Source: Haliotis rubra
Taxonomy: Eukaryota
DNA length: 64,000 nucleotides
Assembly (NCBI RefSeq): GCF_003918875.1
Contig: NW_025767679.1
Location: 248,001 to 312,000, forward strand
Reading direction: 5' to 3'
The translations under genes were made by a program, and so were the position numbers. The notes beneath the pieces are model-generated. The model made no database searches, was not told where the DNA came from, and saw nothing but the letters and a program-made list of their open reading frames with translations. This document shows, piece by piece, positions 51,250 to 64,000 of this stretch. Every line of letters begins with the position of its first letter. The stretch's first letter is position 1.

Positions 51250-53672
51250 AAATACATTAAAGGATTATGAAGTATGAAGGCCTTTCAACTGGAAAGGAAA
51301 AGGACACCCTAGCCTACAAGAAACAGAGTAAACAATATGAAGTATTATGCCAAAGAAATTTTTTATGGAAGTTTAGAGTTATACACTGGTAACAAATAAT
51401 CATACTTGAAAATTCTACGTCATGTAGTTAGAAAGTCAGAAGTAACGTCAGATATATCACCTATAAAACAATGACAATGAAGAAGGGCAATCCTTATTCA
51501 CTGATTTTGAAAAAGCTACCAAGTTGAATGAATATTTTAAATCTGTATCTACGTTAGAAGATGGCAATAAAACGTTACCATACGCTGGGAAACGTACTGA
51601 TATGGAGTTATGTGACATCGTTATAACTCAAAAGGAAATTTCTGATATTATGAAATGTTTACCTGAGAAAAAGGCTTGTGGTCCAGAAAGAATAAGCCAT
51701 AAGTTACTCAAGAAAACAGTTGATTCAATAAGTAAAGTTTTATGTCTCTTATTCAATTACTCACTGCAATCCTCTACTGATCCCAGTAATTGGAAAGTAG
51801 CACATGTTTTGCCATTATTTAAAAAAGGTGACCACTCCATTGTTTCAAATTACAGACCAATATCTCTTATAAGTTGTGTGGGGAAAGTATTTGAGAGAGA
51901 AGTCTATAAACATTTGTATAATTATTTTAATTGTAATAATTTACTTTATAAGTATCAAGCTGGTTTTCAAAAAGGCCACTCAACAGTACATCAATTACTT
52001 GAATTGTATAATGAAATATGTCTATCTTTGGATAATAAGGAAATATTTTGTATGGTGTTTTGTTATGTTTCCAAAGCCTTCGATAGTGTCTGGCATAGGG
52101 GGCTTATGTGTACATTGGAAATGTATGGTTTAAAAGGAGGCATGCTCCAATGGTTATCAAGTTATGTAAGCAATCGCAGGCAATCTGTCTTTGTGAATGG
52201 AGCATTATCCAAGCCGGTATTTTTGACAGCTGGTGTTCCCCAAGGATCAGCATTGGGTCCTTTTCTTTTTATTGTTTTCATAAATGACATTGCTGATGAA
52301 CTAAATTGTTTGACAAGGCTGTTTGCTGATGATACATCACTTGGATTTTCATCAATTGATCATAGACTGCTTGAGTCTACTATAAACACCAACCTACAGA
52401 AGCTGAGCTCTTGGGGAAAACTTTGGCTGGTTAAATATATTCCAAATAAAACAGAAGCTATCATTTTTAGCATTAGAAAACAAAGTGATAACATAACTTT
52501 ATACTTTGATGAATGTGAAATTAGTAATGTAAACGAACATAAACACTTAGGTCTAACGTTTTCGGCAGATGGGAAATGGAATAAGCATATTGACGAAATA
52601 GTAATATCAAGTTCTAAGATGATAAACTCCATGCGTAAATTAAAATTCTTACTAAGTAGGCAAATTTTGAATAAGATTTATATTATGTTTATCAGACCAC
52701 ATTTTGAATATGCGTGCGACGTTTGGGATGGGTGTAATTCTGAACAGACATTGAGACTAGAACAACTACAACTGGAAGCATCCCGTATTGTCACTGGTTT
52801 ACCGAAATGTCCACCACTTAGATATCTCTAATTTGAAACTGGGTGGGAAAAATTATCAGTACGTAGGGAAAGAAGAAAGTTAACATTATATCATAAAATG
52901 AAATGTGGTAATGCACCTTCTTATCTGATAGATTTACTTCCTCACACTGTTCGTGACTCTACAACTTATGACCTTAGAAACTCTGAAAATTTTGTAAGAC
53001 CATCATATAGACTTAAACACTCATGTCAATCTTTTATCCCATCAACGACAGTATTATGGAAATACTATCCCATTAGAAAAGCAAATGTTACCATCAACAG
53101 AGACGTTTAAATCATATTTGAAGAAACCTATTGTCATGGCACCAGCATACTTTTCTACAGGTGTCCGCAAACAAAATATTATTCATACTCGTTTAAGATA
53201 TCATGTAAGTGAATTGAATTACGATTTATTTAATGTTGGCATTAAGTCAGACTCAAAATGTGAATGTTGAAATTTACGAGAAAATGTTTGTCACTTCATG
53301 TTTGAGTGTTCTCTATATAACGAACACAGAACGAAAATGTTTAACCTTTTAACCTACATGATGATGCTCTAAATTTAGATTTATTTTTAAATGGCAGCAA
53401 GAACTTATCATATACTCAAAATCATGCAATATTTAAAGCAGTTCAGCATTATATATCAAATAGCAAGCGTTTTTCTTGAATGCTGCAAATATTTTCATAT
53501 GTCTTAATAACTATCTCCGTACATAGGTCTGTACCATTTCTGTACTATATTTCTTTCTATATTACATGTATGTTGTTGTATATTTATCATGTTGTAAATA
53601 CTCGGGAGATGGTTATCTAAGTTGGATAATTTGTTCCTCATCCCTGTCTTCACTGAATAAAATATGTTTAAA
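51250..53672 (+). mobile_element. 5'-truncated CR1-group LINE (RT pseudogene, track ORF 51524-52831 plus broken C-terminus)
   Basis: KACGPERI, NYRPISLISCVGKVFE, QAGFQKGHST, VSKAFDSVWH, GVPQGSALGPFLF, LFADDT, HKHLG, IRPHFEYA. A nonsense codon at 52829 interrupts YL*FETGW. The 3' end is TGAATAAAATATGTTTAAA. Confidence 0.92.
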
Positions 53673-56379
53673 TCAAGGCCTGCCTTTCATGCTGGCACTC
53701 ACACTGTAGCCCAATACTATTGTTTTCGTGGGTCCTTTGTTTTTTATGTGGGGGTTGGTTCAGCTGTCATAATCAGATATATGAAGGAAAATGACAGAAG
53801 AAAAGCACAAACAATCGATCTGTTTTTGAACAGTTTATGTATTTGACAGCGTATTGTATATAATGTAGCATGGGCTTGTTTCAAGAATTCATTTTCAACG
53901 TAATAACGAATTGGGACAGGAAGGTTGCAACTGTTTAATATCAAATTGATTCGTAGCTCCCTTTCCGTGTAATGAGCTGCTGTCTCACCTGTGAATAAGT
54001 GAAAAATCCTTAGAAATAGCGAAAAAATACTTTATTACCTTTTTTCATTATCCGTTTGCAATTTTGTCAGTTGTAAATCAGCAGCTTAAAGAGTCTTTGA
54101 TTGTTGAAATAAGCCTTGCTGCTCTCCAATAAACGTTTAAGAGACCATTCCAACACTTAAAACCCCTTTAAGAGTGTCTGTTGTGCCTTCTGGCGTCACT
54201 TTTTAAACCACCTTTCACGAATAAACAGACGGTTTGGCAGAAAAACCCGTTTCTCCTCTTCCTTGACATGATCTAGGATATTGTGGGATTGAATTAGGAT
54301 GTCCAATTTCATCGCTTTGTGTGAGAAGTCCACTCCATGTGATTTAAGTTGAGTGAGGGAACAATTTTGAAATGAAATTGCGTTTTCAATTTCCCGGTGG
54401 CAGCAGTTGGTTCTCCTGTTATGAGGTTTTCGTTATATTTCCCTTTTATGGCTAACCATGTGTTTCTGACAGCGTTCTTCAAGACGATGAAACATCTCAG
54501 CTTATGTGACACATCGTTATGAAATTGTACATTTCACATTGTTTTAAATATTGCAGACGCTGGAATACAGCTGTCCAGTTCATTTTTCACTCATGACAAA
54601 TTCGCTCCAAATGAATGGCCGCATAACTAATATTACATATTTTCTATGCATAAATTATGATGAATAATGTTTGTTTAAGTGAATGAACCCACTGTAGATA
54701 TTTGAACATCCTTCTTGTTAGATTTGATCTGGTTCATCGGCTGACTTTTTCAAATGTCATTTCGAACAACATTTTATTCTCTACGGCTCAACGAGAGAGC
54801 TGCAAACTAAGCTTCATATGTCATTTTACACTGTTTACATTGAAGGAAACGGTTGAAGGATCTGTTCATCCGTTTTGCAAACACCTTGAGGCATCACTTA
54901 TCTAGCTGTTCTTGAATTGGTCGCTTCCTATCAATGTCTGTCTTCCGGCATTGCAGGATATGCTTCACTCTTTCGCAACAATCTGGTGTAATGACTGATT
55001 TAAATGTTATTTGGGAATAGAAATATAACGTATGGTTATATCAATGTGTCATATGTGAAATTTCGTAACTTATTTCGTAACGCAAACACACGAAGAACCA
55101 GTCTAGTGAGAATTTCAAGATTACTGCACATGATAAAAGTTCCTGTCTCAGCAGGACGAAAGATGAAAGTGGGTGTTCATTCTTATCACATGATGCTGAA
55201 GTTGCATGACACAAACGTTCTCCTTAGTTGTACATGTAAAGTAGGAAGGACACTTCTCATCTCTTTCATATTGTGTCAACATATCCCAACCAGTACTGTG
55301 GAACAAATATGCATTCCAGGGCGATATTGCCATAGACAGGCCTACTTAGTATCTTCAATGCTTTTACTGCTGTCATGTATTATGTTATGGCAAACTCCTG
55401 CTCTACTGTCACCCAATGTGGACGTCATTAATTTCCGATCAAACCAAGACAGTTGCCTAACTCACACGCTATATACCTTATACGAGGCGCTGTCGTGGTG
55501 TGCAACAACGGGGATTAGTACCCGTCACTTTCAGACTATTTCTCATTATATCACGTTAATGTAGATAGATGTTATGTCTGAGGTTTTGTCTAGACTTAAT
55601 GGGCGTAATCTCCTTTGACCAAGGACTAAGGCATTTCAAAGCAGCTTATATCTCGTGTGACGTATTCTTAGTATTCTACTAAAATCTATTTTCAGCAGTA
55701 GTCCAATTCTTAATTTTTATTTAATAGAGGACCTTTTTGTCAAAATGGATTTATGAAGAAAGACTTGAGTTTGTTTTATGCTTGCGGTAAAAACCCCTAT
55801 GCATGAAATTATGGTTTTCTTGTGTATAACTACGCTTTGAAGAGTATCTTGAACATCACATGTATTAAATGTCATAAATATCAACTTAATGGTTAAGGGA
55901 AAGCATTGGGTAATGTACGTTTTAGACGTTAACCAATTTTGTGTAATCCAAAACCATGGAAACATATGGTGCCGAAAAACTATAGTGCGGATGTGGGATT
56001 CGAACCTTCGGTCGTAGGATAATTCCGTTTATACGGGACGCACCCCTGGCCAATACCGACAAGTCCTTATACCATCTTATAATGAACATAATGGCACGAA
56101 TGCAATGTATGTTCTCATCACATGGATTTTAAGCATTTCATATTCAAACAGTTATCACTTACATATCTTTTAGTCTTTCATATTCAACAACCTCTACATT
56201 CAGGGTAGGTCATATTCATATTGGGACGTACATTAATCCATTCCAAAAAAGTGCTGTCCCCCTTCCCTCAAAACACCGTGACTTCAAAGTTTTGCTGGTT
56301 ACGTCCTACCATGTGGTCTACGCCTTGTGCGTGAGGCAAAGGTTGCCTCTTTCATTTTCTACATCTATACCTATAGGGT

Positions 56380-56552
56380 AATCAACAATATTGCTCTGAT
56401 ATCATGTCAGTCAGTAGGAATCGAATCTGGGACAGACGAACCAGTGATTGTGTATCCCATTTGCACAGGATACGCAATGGGGATAAAATGTGCCCCTTTT
56501 ACAAGCATGGATTGCTGAGGACCTATAGTCTTAACTGAAATCCCCGCGGGTC
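56380..56552 (-). mobile_element. Old family B copy (antisense, internally deleted)
   Basis: The minus strand begins GACCCGCGGGGATT..AGGTCCTCAGCAATCCATGCTTG and continues to ..ATCACTGGTTCGTCTGTCCCAGATTCGATT. Confidence 0.6.
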
Positions 56553-57399
56553 GCTACTTTCGTAATTACTTTCTAGCGGATGTTAGATCTGTCAGTGGTC
56601 ATTCTTTGGTTTTAGAATGACGATTGTACTGAGGACAAGAAGATTGTTTAACTGTTCCTGTATTACGTATCTACATCAGAACAAATGGTGAAGTTACCTG
56701 TAAAGCACATATTTTATTGTTGATAACCTTCCATTTGACATGAACATTCCTGAACGTCCCCTACAATTACACGTAAGATATTCAGAATAAATGTTAATCT
56801 ACCAGTTGCCCGACTTCCATTTTTAAGGAAGCCGCGTTGACTGAGTGGGTTAGATGGCTGACTTTGTGTGCTGGCGATTAGCTGACTCTAAGAGTGTTAG
56901 TTCGAATACCGGACGGAACTCAACCCCAAAAAGTACTAAAATCAGTACTTTACTGAGAAAGTGTAATCGAAAAATATAAATGTTGTATGGTCGTGCTCTC
57001 AAAGCCAAGGTCGTTCGTTTGCATGGCACCGTCATGTAACGGAAATATTGCTGAAACAACATTATTTGCCGATTTCAAAGTTGAATCAATATGCTATGGA
57101 ACTCACCTTCCATGAAAGATCATATATAAAGTTCACATTTTGAACACTGCCGAGTGAAATACACGCCCCTTTATGACTACATTGTAATTTATGTGTTTTA
57201 TAAAAGATTGACATTTGGTTAATTGGTATGATACTTTTGTACACTCATATGTAACGTGTACTGTCAGTACTTCGGATCGACACAGGCAGGAATGAAAGTA
57301 GTATTATTTCTATACACCTTTTGTATTATAACATTTCACCTGAACTGTCAATCTTTCACTGTCTCTGTGTCTAATAATCTTTTGTGATGTAATGAGTTT

Positions 57400-57490
57400 T
57401 TGTAAATATCTTTGGTGAGGAGTTTCATAAGTTGTAAGAACTTGTCCCCGATCCTTTTCACATTGTGAATAAAATATGTTTAAACTAAAA
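57400..57490 (+). mobile_element. 3' UTR fragment of a LINE related to the element at 51250-53672
   Basis: GGAG..ATAAGTTG..AACTTGTCCCCGATCC..TGAATAAAATATGTTTAAA parallels 53604-53672. Confidence 0.6.
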
Positions 57491-57879
57491 ACAATATACA
57501 AGAAATGGAAACTATCTCGTACAGGAATGTAAATCAAGACGATATATTACTGCACATTTACATCAAATCATAATTTGTAATAATTATCTACAATTAACAA
57601 AGGCATTAAATGTTCCCTCGTTGATTGTAGGGTTGAAGGAATAATGCCGAACTGTGTCGTTAATCCTACTAGCTCTCATTCGGAACTGTTTGCAATTTCA
57701 CCACCCACATTTATAAGAGCTCGCTGCACTCAGGAGCCGTCAGTGATAGAATCTAGGTTGTTACTTTCAACGTATCTGAGTGTATGGATCTTTGCAATGA
57801 ACACTCCTTCTTAAAACAGGACAATATTAAGCGGATATTAAAATGAAACTTGATGATTTACATGAACGTGCCGAATTCG

Positions 57880-58480
57880 CCCAAACAACCAATAAACTTT
57901 ACCCCTCACAACCATACAATTTCTTCAAAACTATTAAGTCTCTCCCACACAACCAATACACTATCCTCAACACAAACTATGCAATGTCCTCGACACAACC
58001 AATGCAGATTTCTCCACACGAACAATGCAATCTCAACACTACAACCAATGCAATCTCTCCTACACAGCCAATACACAGTTTTACACACAAGCTATGCAAT
58101 TTCCTCGACGCAACGAATGCAGTTTTCTCCGCACAATAATGCAGTTTCCTCCACACGAACAATGCAATGTCCACTATAGAACCTCTTCAACACAACCAAT
58201 ACACCGTCCAACACACAAGCTTTCAAATTATTTCGTGACAATTAATGCAGTTTCATCCACACGACCAATATAAAATATCCCCAATACAACCAATGCAACC
58301 CCTCCCACACAGTCAATACACAGTCCTACAAACAAGCTACGTGATTTGCTCAAGACAACCAATGCAATTTCTCCCACACAGCCAAGACAACCAATACAGT
58401 TTCCTCCACACAATAATGCAGTTTCCTCGACAAAACAATGCAGTGTCTATTTAATTTCATCCACAAAACCAATGCACTTA
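57880..58480. repeat. Degenerate ~22-23-bp minisatellite
   Basis: Recurrent CACAACCAATGCAATTTCCTC-like units. They account for the low-complexity ORFs at 57843-58537. Confidence 0.75.
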
Positions 58481-58954
58481 ATTCATGCAAAGGAAGTTTT
58501 ACATAGACACAATGGCGCGCCTTTCATTTTGATTTGATATTCCAGATAAAATTTCATGCGATATATTTTGCAGATATGCTGTTCAAACCACGGTGTAAAA
58601 CCTACAACGGTAAATGATTAAATGGTTTGGCAGATATTTATTTGAGTTCAGTGAGTTAATATTGCTGCACATCACATCAGAAATATTTCAGGTTTGCTTT
58701 GAATTTGATAGTGTCTTCAAGGCTGTGTGTGTCTGAACATAAAGAAGCCATTAGACAAGAGACTGCTTTAACTCGATTATCGATATAATTCTTCAATTGT
58801 GGCGCTTGTTTTTCTGCTGTCATACAGCAGAAAGTCTTCAGTTACAACGGCGCAATTTATAAGTCTTTTCTGTTCTTCAACTTAAAAAACACATCTGAGT
58901 TTCGTTTGCTTTCAGACAGATCACAGATAGTTCATGTTTCGTTTTGCTTTTCAG

Positions 58955-59090
58955 ACTGAACAGATCAGCTTCCTGTGTGTCCTGTTCATATTCATCATTG
59001 TCGGCAACAGCATGGTCATCCTGACCATCACGCTGACCAAGAATCGCCGGTCAAGGATGAACTTCTTCATTCTCAATCTGGCTATCGCAG
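58955..59090 (+). CDS. Second coding exon (TM1-ICL1-start of TM2) of the CCAP/NPS receptor-like GPCR
   Basis: Acceptor TTTTGCTTTTCAG|ACT. Encodes TEQISFLCVLFIFIIVGNSMVILTITLTKNRRSRMNFFILNLAIA with class A motifs GN (TM1) and SRMNFFI..LA.A(D) (TM2), and ends at a phase-1 donor GCAG|GTAACT inside the conserved TM2 Asp codon. The TEQ and SRMNFFI signature fits CCAP/NPS receptors of the vasopressin-receptor superfamily. Confidence 0.92.
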
Positions 59091-60380
59091 GTAACTTAAC
59101 ACGATCCTTCTATATTGGAAATATGTCAGCTTAATGGTCATTACTTGTCTGGGGCTTTTTTATATCTGTATCTTTGACACTTTTTACACTGTCTATCAGT
59201 CACAAATGACACACTCCTCCAGTTTTTTCTATGGCTTTGTAAATTTCTTTCCTTCCTCTTTTTCGTTCTCCCGCCCCTCTCTTTCTTCCTCCGTCTTTCT
59301 CTGAGTTTCAGTCTTACTCTCTCTATCGTTCTCTCTACCACACTCTGCGTCTTCTACCCACGTCTCTTGCTCTCGTTCAGTATATATATATAAGCTGCAC
59401 TGGCGTATGTGTTTTCTTAGCATTATACCAACGACACATACATCAGTGATGAGACACTCAGATGACATTAATCCCATGAGGAGGTTCACAGGCAATGTTT
59501 TTTCGCTATTTCTGGAATCCATCTTGCATGATTTGACATTGGCGACTGCGTTAATCTATCTGGCTCCGTATCGACATACCAACAGTTGCTCATATCGCTG
59601 TTGATAATTGCATTCTGATCACAGAGACAGTGGGCTCTAAAATAAAGGATTGAGATCGCATCCTGTAATGACCCATGATATAGGACCGATAAAATTAGAC
59701 GAGAGTGAGGAAAGACCTGTCACTTGTATGGATGGAGTGTGTAAAAAACGGGATCGGTTTGATAAGTCTGTAAGTACGTTAAAGGATTTTACAAGGTGCT
59801 TTCCAAACTGAAACGCAGAGTTAACCCAGATACAGGTTTGCACACACCTATCTTGTGAATTCGCAAATGCTCACACAAGCTCAACGCATAATCAACTAAG
59901 TTTATAGAAACCCTCAGTTCAGGTTTACATACATACAACAACACAACGTGTCTTCAGCAAGAAGTAACAGGCGCCAGAATTCATATAATTCACTCGCGAA
60001 TGTTCAAGATATTGATAGTCTCGAATTTCTTGAAAGAGACCTGGCTCCGAAATAGTTTTGGGAGCTGTCAGAAATTGGGTGTTTATAGATAGGCTTTCGA
60101 ACTGCTCTTTTTAGAAAGAAGCAGTTCTATAAAGGCTTTGTTTCGCCCTTGTCGCCCGTATATAGCTACTGCAAGGCGTTCACAAACTGCTCCTTTCATG
60201 ATCTTCTCAAAAGACAACACATGTCATTTCATAAATACAACGTGGGCAGATAACTCTAATTACAGGCAGTACAAGGCCAGATGGGCTTTCTGTCGCGAAA
60301 TACGGTGAAAACTTCTCAGTACTTGATATTCTTTTGCTGTTGTTTACTCATCGTCTGCCTCTGACAATTATAACAAACAT

Positions 60381-60622
60381 ACCCGTCAAGATCCGGGTTA
60401 GAACTCATCTTTAATAACCCATGTGTGTCGTAAGGGGATGGGATCAGGTGATCAGGCTCGCTGACTTGGTCGACTCACGTCATCGTATCCCAATTGCTTA
60501 GCTCGATGCTCATGCTGTTGATCACTGGATTGTCTAGTTCAGACTCGACTATTTAAAGACCGCCATCATATAGCTAGAATATTGCTGAGTGCGGTGTTAA
60601 ACAACAAACCACCAACCACATC
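60381..60622 (+). mobile_element. Family B SINE-like element with TSD
   Basis: Begins ACCCGTCAAGATCCGGGTTAGAAC and ends GCTAGAATATTGCTGAGTGCGGTGTTAAACAACAAACC. 11-bp TSD ATAACAAACAT at 60370-60380 and 60623-60633. Confidence 0.88.
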
Positions 60623-61455
60623 ATAACAAACATGTATTGACAGGTTTCTACGGCACGGTATTAACTTCCACCAATGCGCAAACGTAATGCAGGATTGGGT
60701 TTGTTTAATTTCTTCTGTTGCATTTTACACTGAAACAGAGAACAGAAACATATTTGAATGGTTCGCCCTCCAGGTAGAGATACTCCAGTAGAATACTCCT
60801 TTCAAACATTCAATGTAATATACCAAGATATTAACATACAAAAAGCCGTGACTCCAAACATTAGTTCTTGCCTTCGTGGCTCCTGGAGTCTACACGTGTG
60901 GAGACAAAACATTGTGACTTGACGATTAGCTTCCTGTTAAAACAGTTCCTAGCATAAATGCATTTAGGAAAACTAACCTCTCACAAATTAGGTTCTTTCC
61001 AAAAAAATGTTCATTTAACTAGAATACATCAGAGTGCTGCCATACAACCTAGATAGGCTTTGCACCAGAGACAGTTGCATGTTGCGATGATATCTGCTGC
61101 CTTTCTTTGATCCTATTCCAAGAAAATGAGATGAAAGGCATGTCTCATCTACAAGATGGTCTGTACAATGAACTCAGCTTTCAGTATTTATTTCTTGTTA
61201 TTATTGAAAGGGTTTTGTCGCTTTTATTTTCACGCTCAAGATGGTTAAGTTGGATTATTGTGAACTCTTTTCTTCGTGTGGAAACCTTCAACGTCCAGGC
61301 AATATCTTTCCTGAACATACTCCAACATGTGATTATGTCTTGCACACCTGAACCTAGTTCACATACAGCTACTGTCGACATAAACTAAATGAGTCGATGT
61401 ACATCCACATAGAGCGCATTCATTGTGAATGTAATACAGACAGTATCATTAATGA

Positions 61456-61625
61456 ACCGTGAAGATACGGGTTACATTGGTCTTCAGCAAACAATGCATG
61501 TCTTAATAGGCGGCTGACGGGAATGTCATGGCTGATGCGAGTCCTCGTATCACAAATTGCGTACATCGATGCTCATGGTATCATTCACTGGTCCAGACTC
61601 GATTGTTTTAAAACAAACCAACAAA
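61456..61625 (+). mobile_element. Old family B copy
   Basis: ACCGTGAAGATACGGGTTACATTGGTCTTCAGCAA..ATCGATGCTCATG..GGTCCAGACTCGATT. Confidence 0.65.
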
Positions 61626-63602
61626 ATCATAATGACCCTGTTCAGGACACTGTTTAAAGTAAAGAGGACAATATTCATATATTTAAGTGTAAGACAAAAT
61701 ATTGTGGATGTCAACTTCTTTATTGTATACACAACGTTTCAGGGCTTTTCCTTGCCCCTTCGTCAGGTGAATGTTGTCTTATACCTGAATACTTCTAAAT
61801 GCCTCTCAAGAACCTATTCATATGTTGTTACGTGTGGATAATTATAATGAAGTCCATTGCATCAGTGTCCTAACACTCATGGCTGAATTAATTAGTGTTG
61901 CAGATCAGATTATCTTGTGTATCATTATAAGATCACTTAATACACAGGACCGACACCCATGTCATGAGTGATTGTTCGAGGCTTACTTTACATATTATCT
62001 TACACATCATCTTAAACCTCACAAAACCCTGATCAGTCATACACCTAAAAACTCTCTGGCAAGTATTAATGTGTTCTTCCCAAATACATACATCGTCCTT
62101 ACATGCGTCTTAAGCACCTCTTCACACTCTGTGGAGAACCATACATCAAATGGATAAAATCCTGGGTTTTGTAATGACCATTGTATAAAACGTGATGGAA
62201 AGAAGCAGATTCAGCTGATAGCGCTTGGGATTCAGAAGACAAAATAGTTTGGATTTTATGTGTGACAGACAGATATATCATGCAGTTATAACTATAAATC
62301 AACGTCTATTTGTAATCCTCAAAAGAGATAAGTTATAATGTATGGGAACGTTAGTCTCGTATTGGCAGCATACCTATCAGATAAGTTTGATCATGTCGAA
62401 GTTCATTTTGATCTGTCGGAATATTCCATCCGGCAGCGAAATTATATGTGTAGAGTCGCTCCCCTAAGCAAAGGCAGGATCTACTGATCGTAGAATTAAA
62501 TTTCAATTTGAACCTGATCACGATCTATGGTACATCAGCAGGAAACCAGTACGTTTGGGTTGAATTTTTGAGACAGGTCTCCCACACATTACAGAATAGG
62601 AATATTGTCCGAACACCCAATGTGCTCATCACACTCCTGTCGTATTGCCAGCGGACACAGCTGTTACCAATCGTTTCTGTTACAGCCAAACAGTGCAACT
62701 TAATATTGGGAATCATGCTAGAAAATGTATTATCTTAATAGAACAACAGACTTACATTCCGCTTATTTACTGTCATGCACACACGTTAGAACACACAGAA
62801 GATAATTTGGATATCATTGTTCTGAAACTGTTATTACAATGGCATGTGTATGTATCCAAGGTCATGTTCGAGTCATCGATTTCTGTCCTAGTTGACAATA
62901 TAGATGACAGAGTACAAAATTATAGCTTTTCACAATCACCCATATCTGCAGATATTTGAAAACAATTGACCGACATAGTTAGTATGAGTGCATAATGACA
63001 ATGATTAGGCAAAGCAAATGCATTACGGAGGATATATAAATATTGTAATTGAATAGTCTGGAACATTATCAATAACAAAGTCTCCTTATGCCATTCACTC
63101 CCTCATATAGCTCACAAAACCAATGCAGACAAACCAATATATTCAAGGTGAAATTGCTGGAAAACAGTGGAACATATTCAAACAACATTCACTGCTTTTT
63201 CCCATCATATTTATCTTCAATTGCTTTCAGTTTGACAATAATGACATTGATGAATGGGCCCTACACAGATGAAGAAACGATTTTGTGGATAGTATTTTCT
63301 TACAACAATCTCAATATCTTGCTACTCAGTATGCAAACCTGAGACCGAACCATCCATCAATCTTTATTGATATCATGGAATGTGTATGGCAAAGGCAAAG
63401 GGGGACTTGCTTCAGATCAACTGTGCACCATCAAAAGCAATTCAAAAACAAAAAATGTTGTTTTGGCGAATTAAGTTTATTTCATTATAATTTGACTTCA
63501 TGAAACATTTATTGATAATTGGGATGAGATGATTGACTTTATATAACTCCACATCGTTACGACGAGTATAAGTGTTTCGTTTTCTCCTCTCTAATGAGTC
63601 TG

Positions 63603-63766
63603 AGGGGCGGTGGGGTAGCCTAGTGGTTAAAACGTTGGCTCGTCACGCCGAAGACCGGTTCGATTCCCCACATGGGCACAAGTAAGCCCATTTCTGGTGT
63701 CCCCGCCGTGATATTGCTGGAATATTGCTAAAAGCGGCGTAAAACCAAACTCAGTCAGTCAGTCAG
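63603..63766 (+). mobile_element. Family A SINE, young
   Basis: Near-consensus head and tail with (CAGT)n. 13-bp TSD TCTAATGAGTCTG at 63590-63602 and 63767-63779. Confidence 0.9.
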
Positions 63767-64000
63767 TCTAATGAGTCTGCAAAACTTTCTACTTGTTTAT
63801 GAAATATCACGCGAATGTGTTTTAGGACGGTAAATGTCCTCTTTTAGGAAAAAATATTGTTTTAAGCGAACCTGGGCGAGTACATATTAGCATTTATTCC
63901 TCAAACAGCATATTTTCCATCCCAAAACACGCAATAACCTCTTAATCATGAATGTCGTTCTCAATTCTGTCGTCGAAATATCTTTTTATCTCTCACAAAC

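Noticed and set aside
58934-59134. Track ORF starting MFRFAFQ as the true receptor N-terminus
   Set aside because: MFRFAFQ is the translated polypyrimidine tract and acceptor, and GNLTRSF onward is intron read-through after the donor at 59091.
59091-64000. Third GPCR exon (expected to start within the TM2 Asp codon, D-L-x-V-G)
   Set aside because: I found no acceptor followed by such a frame, so it probably lies beyond the window.

Overview
AT-rich eukaryotic (metazoan) genomic DNA, very likely a gastropod mollusc. The abalone-like assignment is an inference from the SINE families. There are two short assembly gaps. The only host gene I can support is a CCAP/neuropeptide-S-type rhodopsin GPCR on the + strand. 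Its first coding exon (13325-13432, absent from the ORF track) joins in frame across a 45,522-bp intron to a TM1-TM2 exon (58955-59090); the rest of the gene lies beyond the window. Everything else is mobile or repetitive DNA. It includes a decayed Tc1 transposase, a near full-length RTE-X-like LINE whose ORF1 carries a 2A-like DVETNPGP motif, a 5'-truncated CR1-group LINE, and Penelope-like remnants with minimal hammerhead-like motifs. There are also several TIR MITEs, at least three SINE families with related 3' tails, and tandem arrays of 144, 68, 42, 24 and about 23 bp, two of which visibly grew out of SINEs. The most unusual signal is a SINE-like family (family B) with no tRNA head. It starts at a fixed position with a ~70-nt nested-pseudoknot module whose pairing is kept by wobble and compensatory changes between copies, making it a candidate undescribed structured RNA or ribozyme. 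Most ORFs in the supplied track are spurious.
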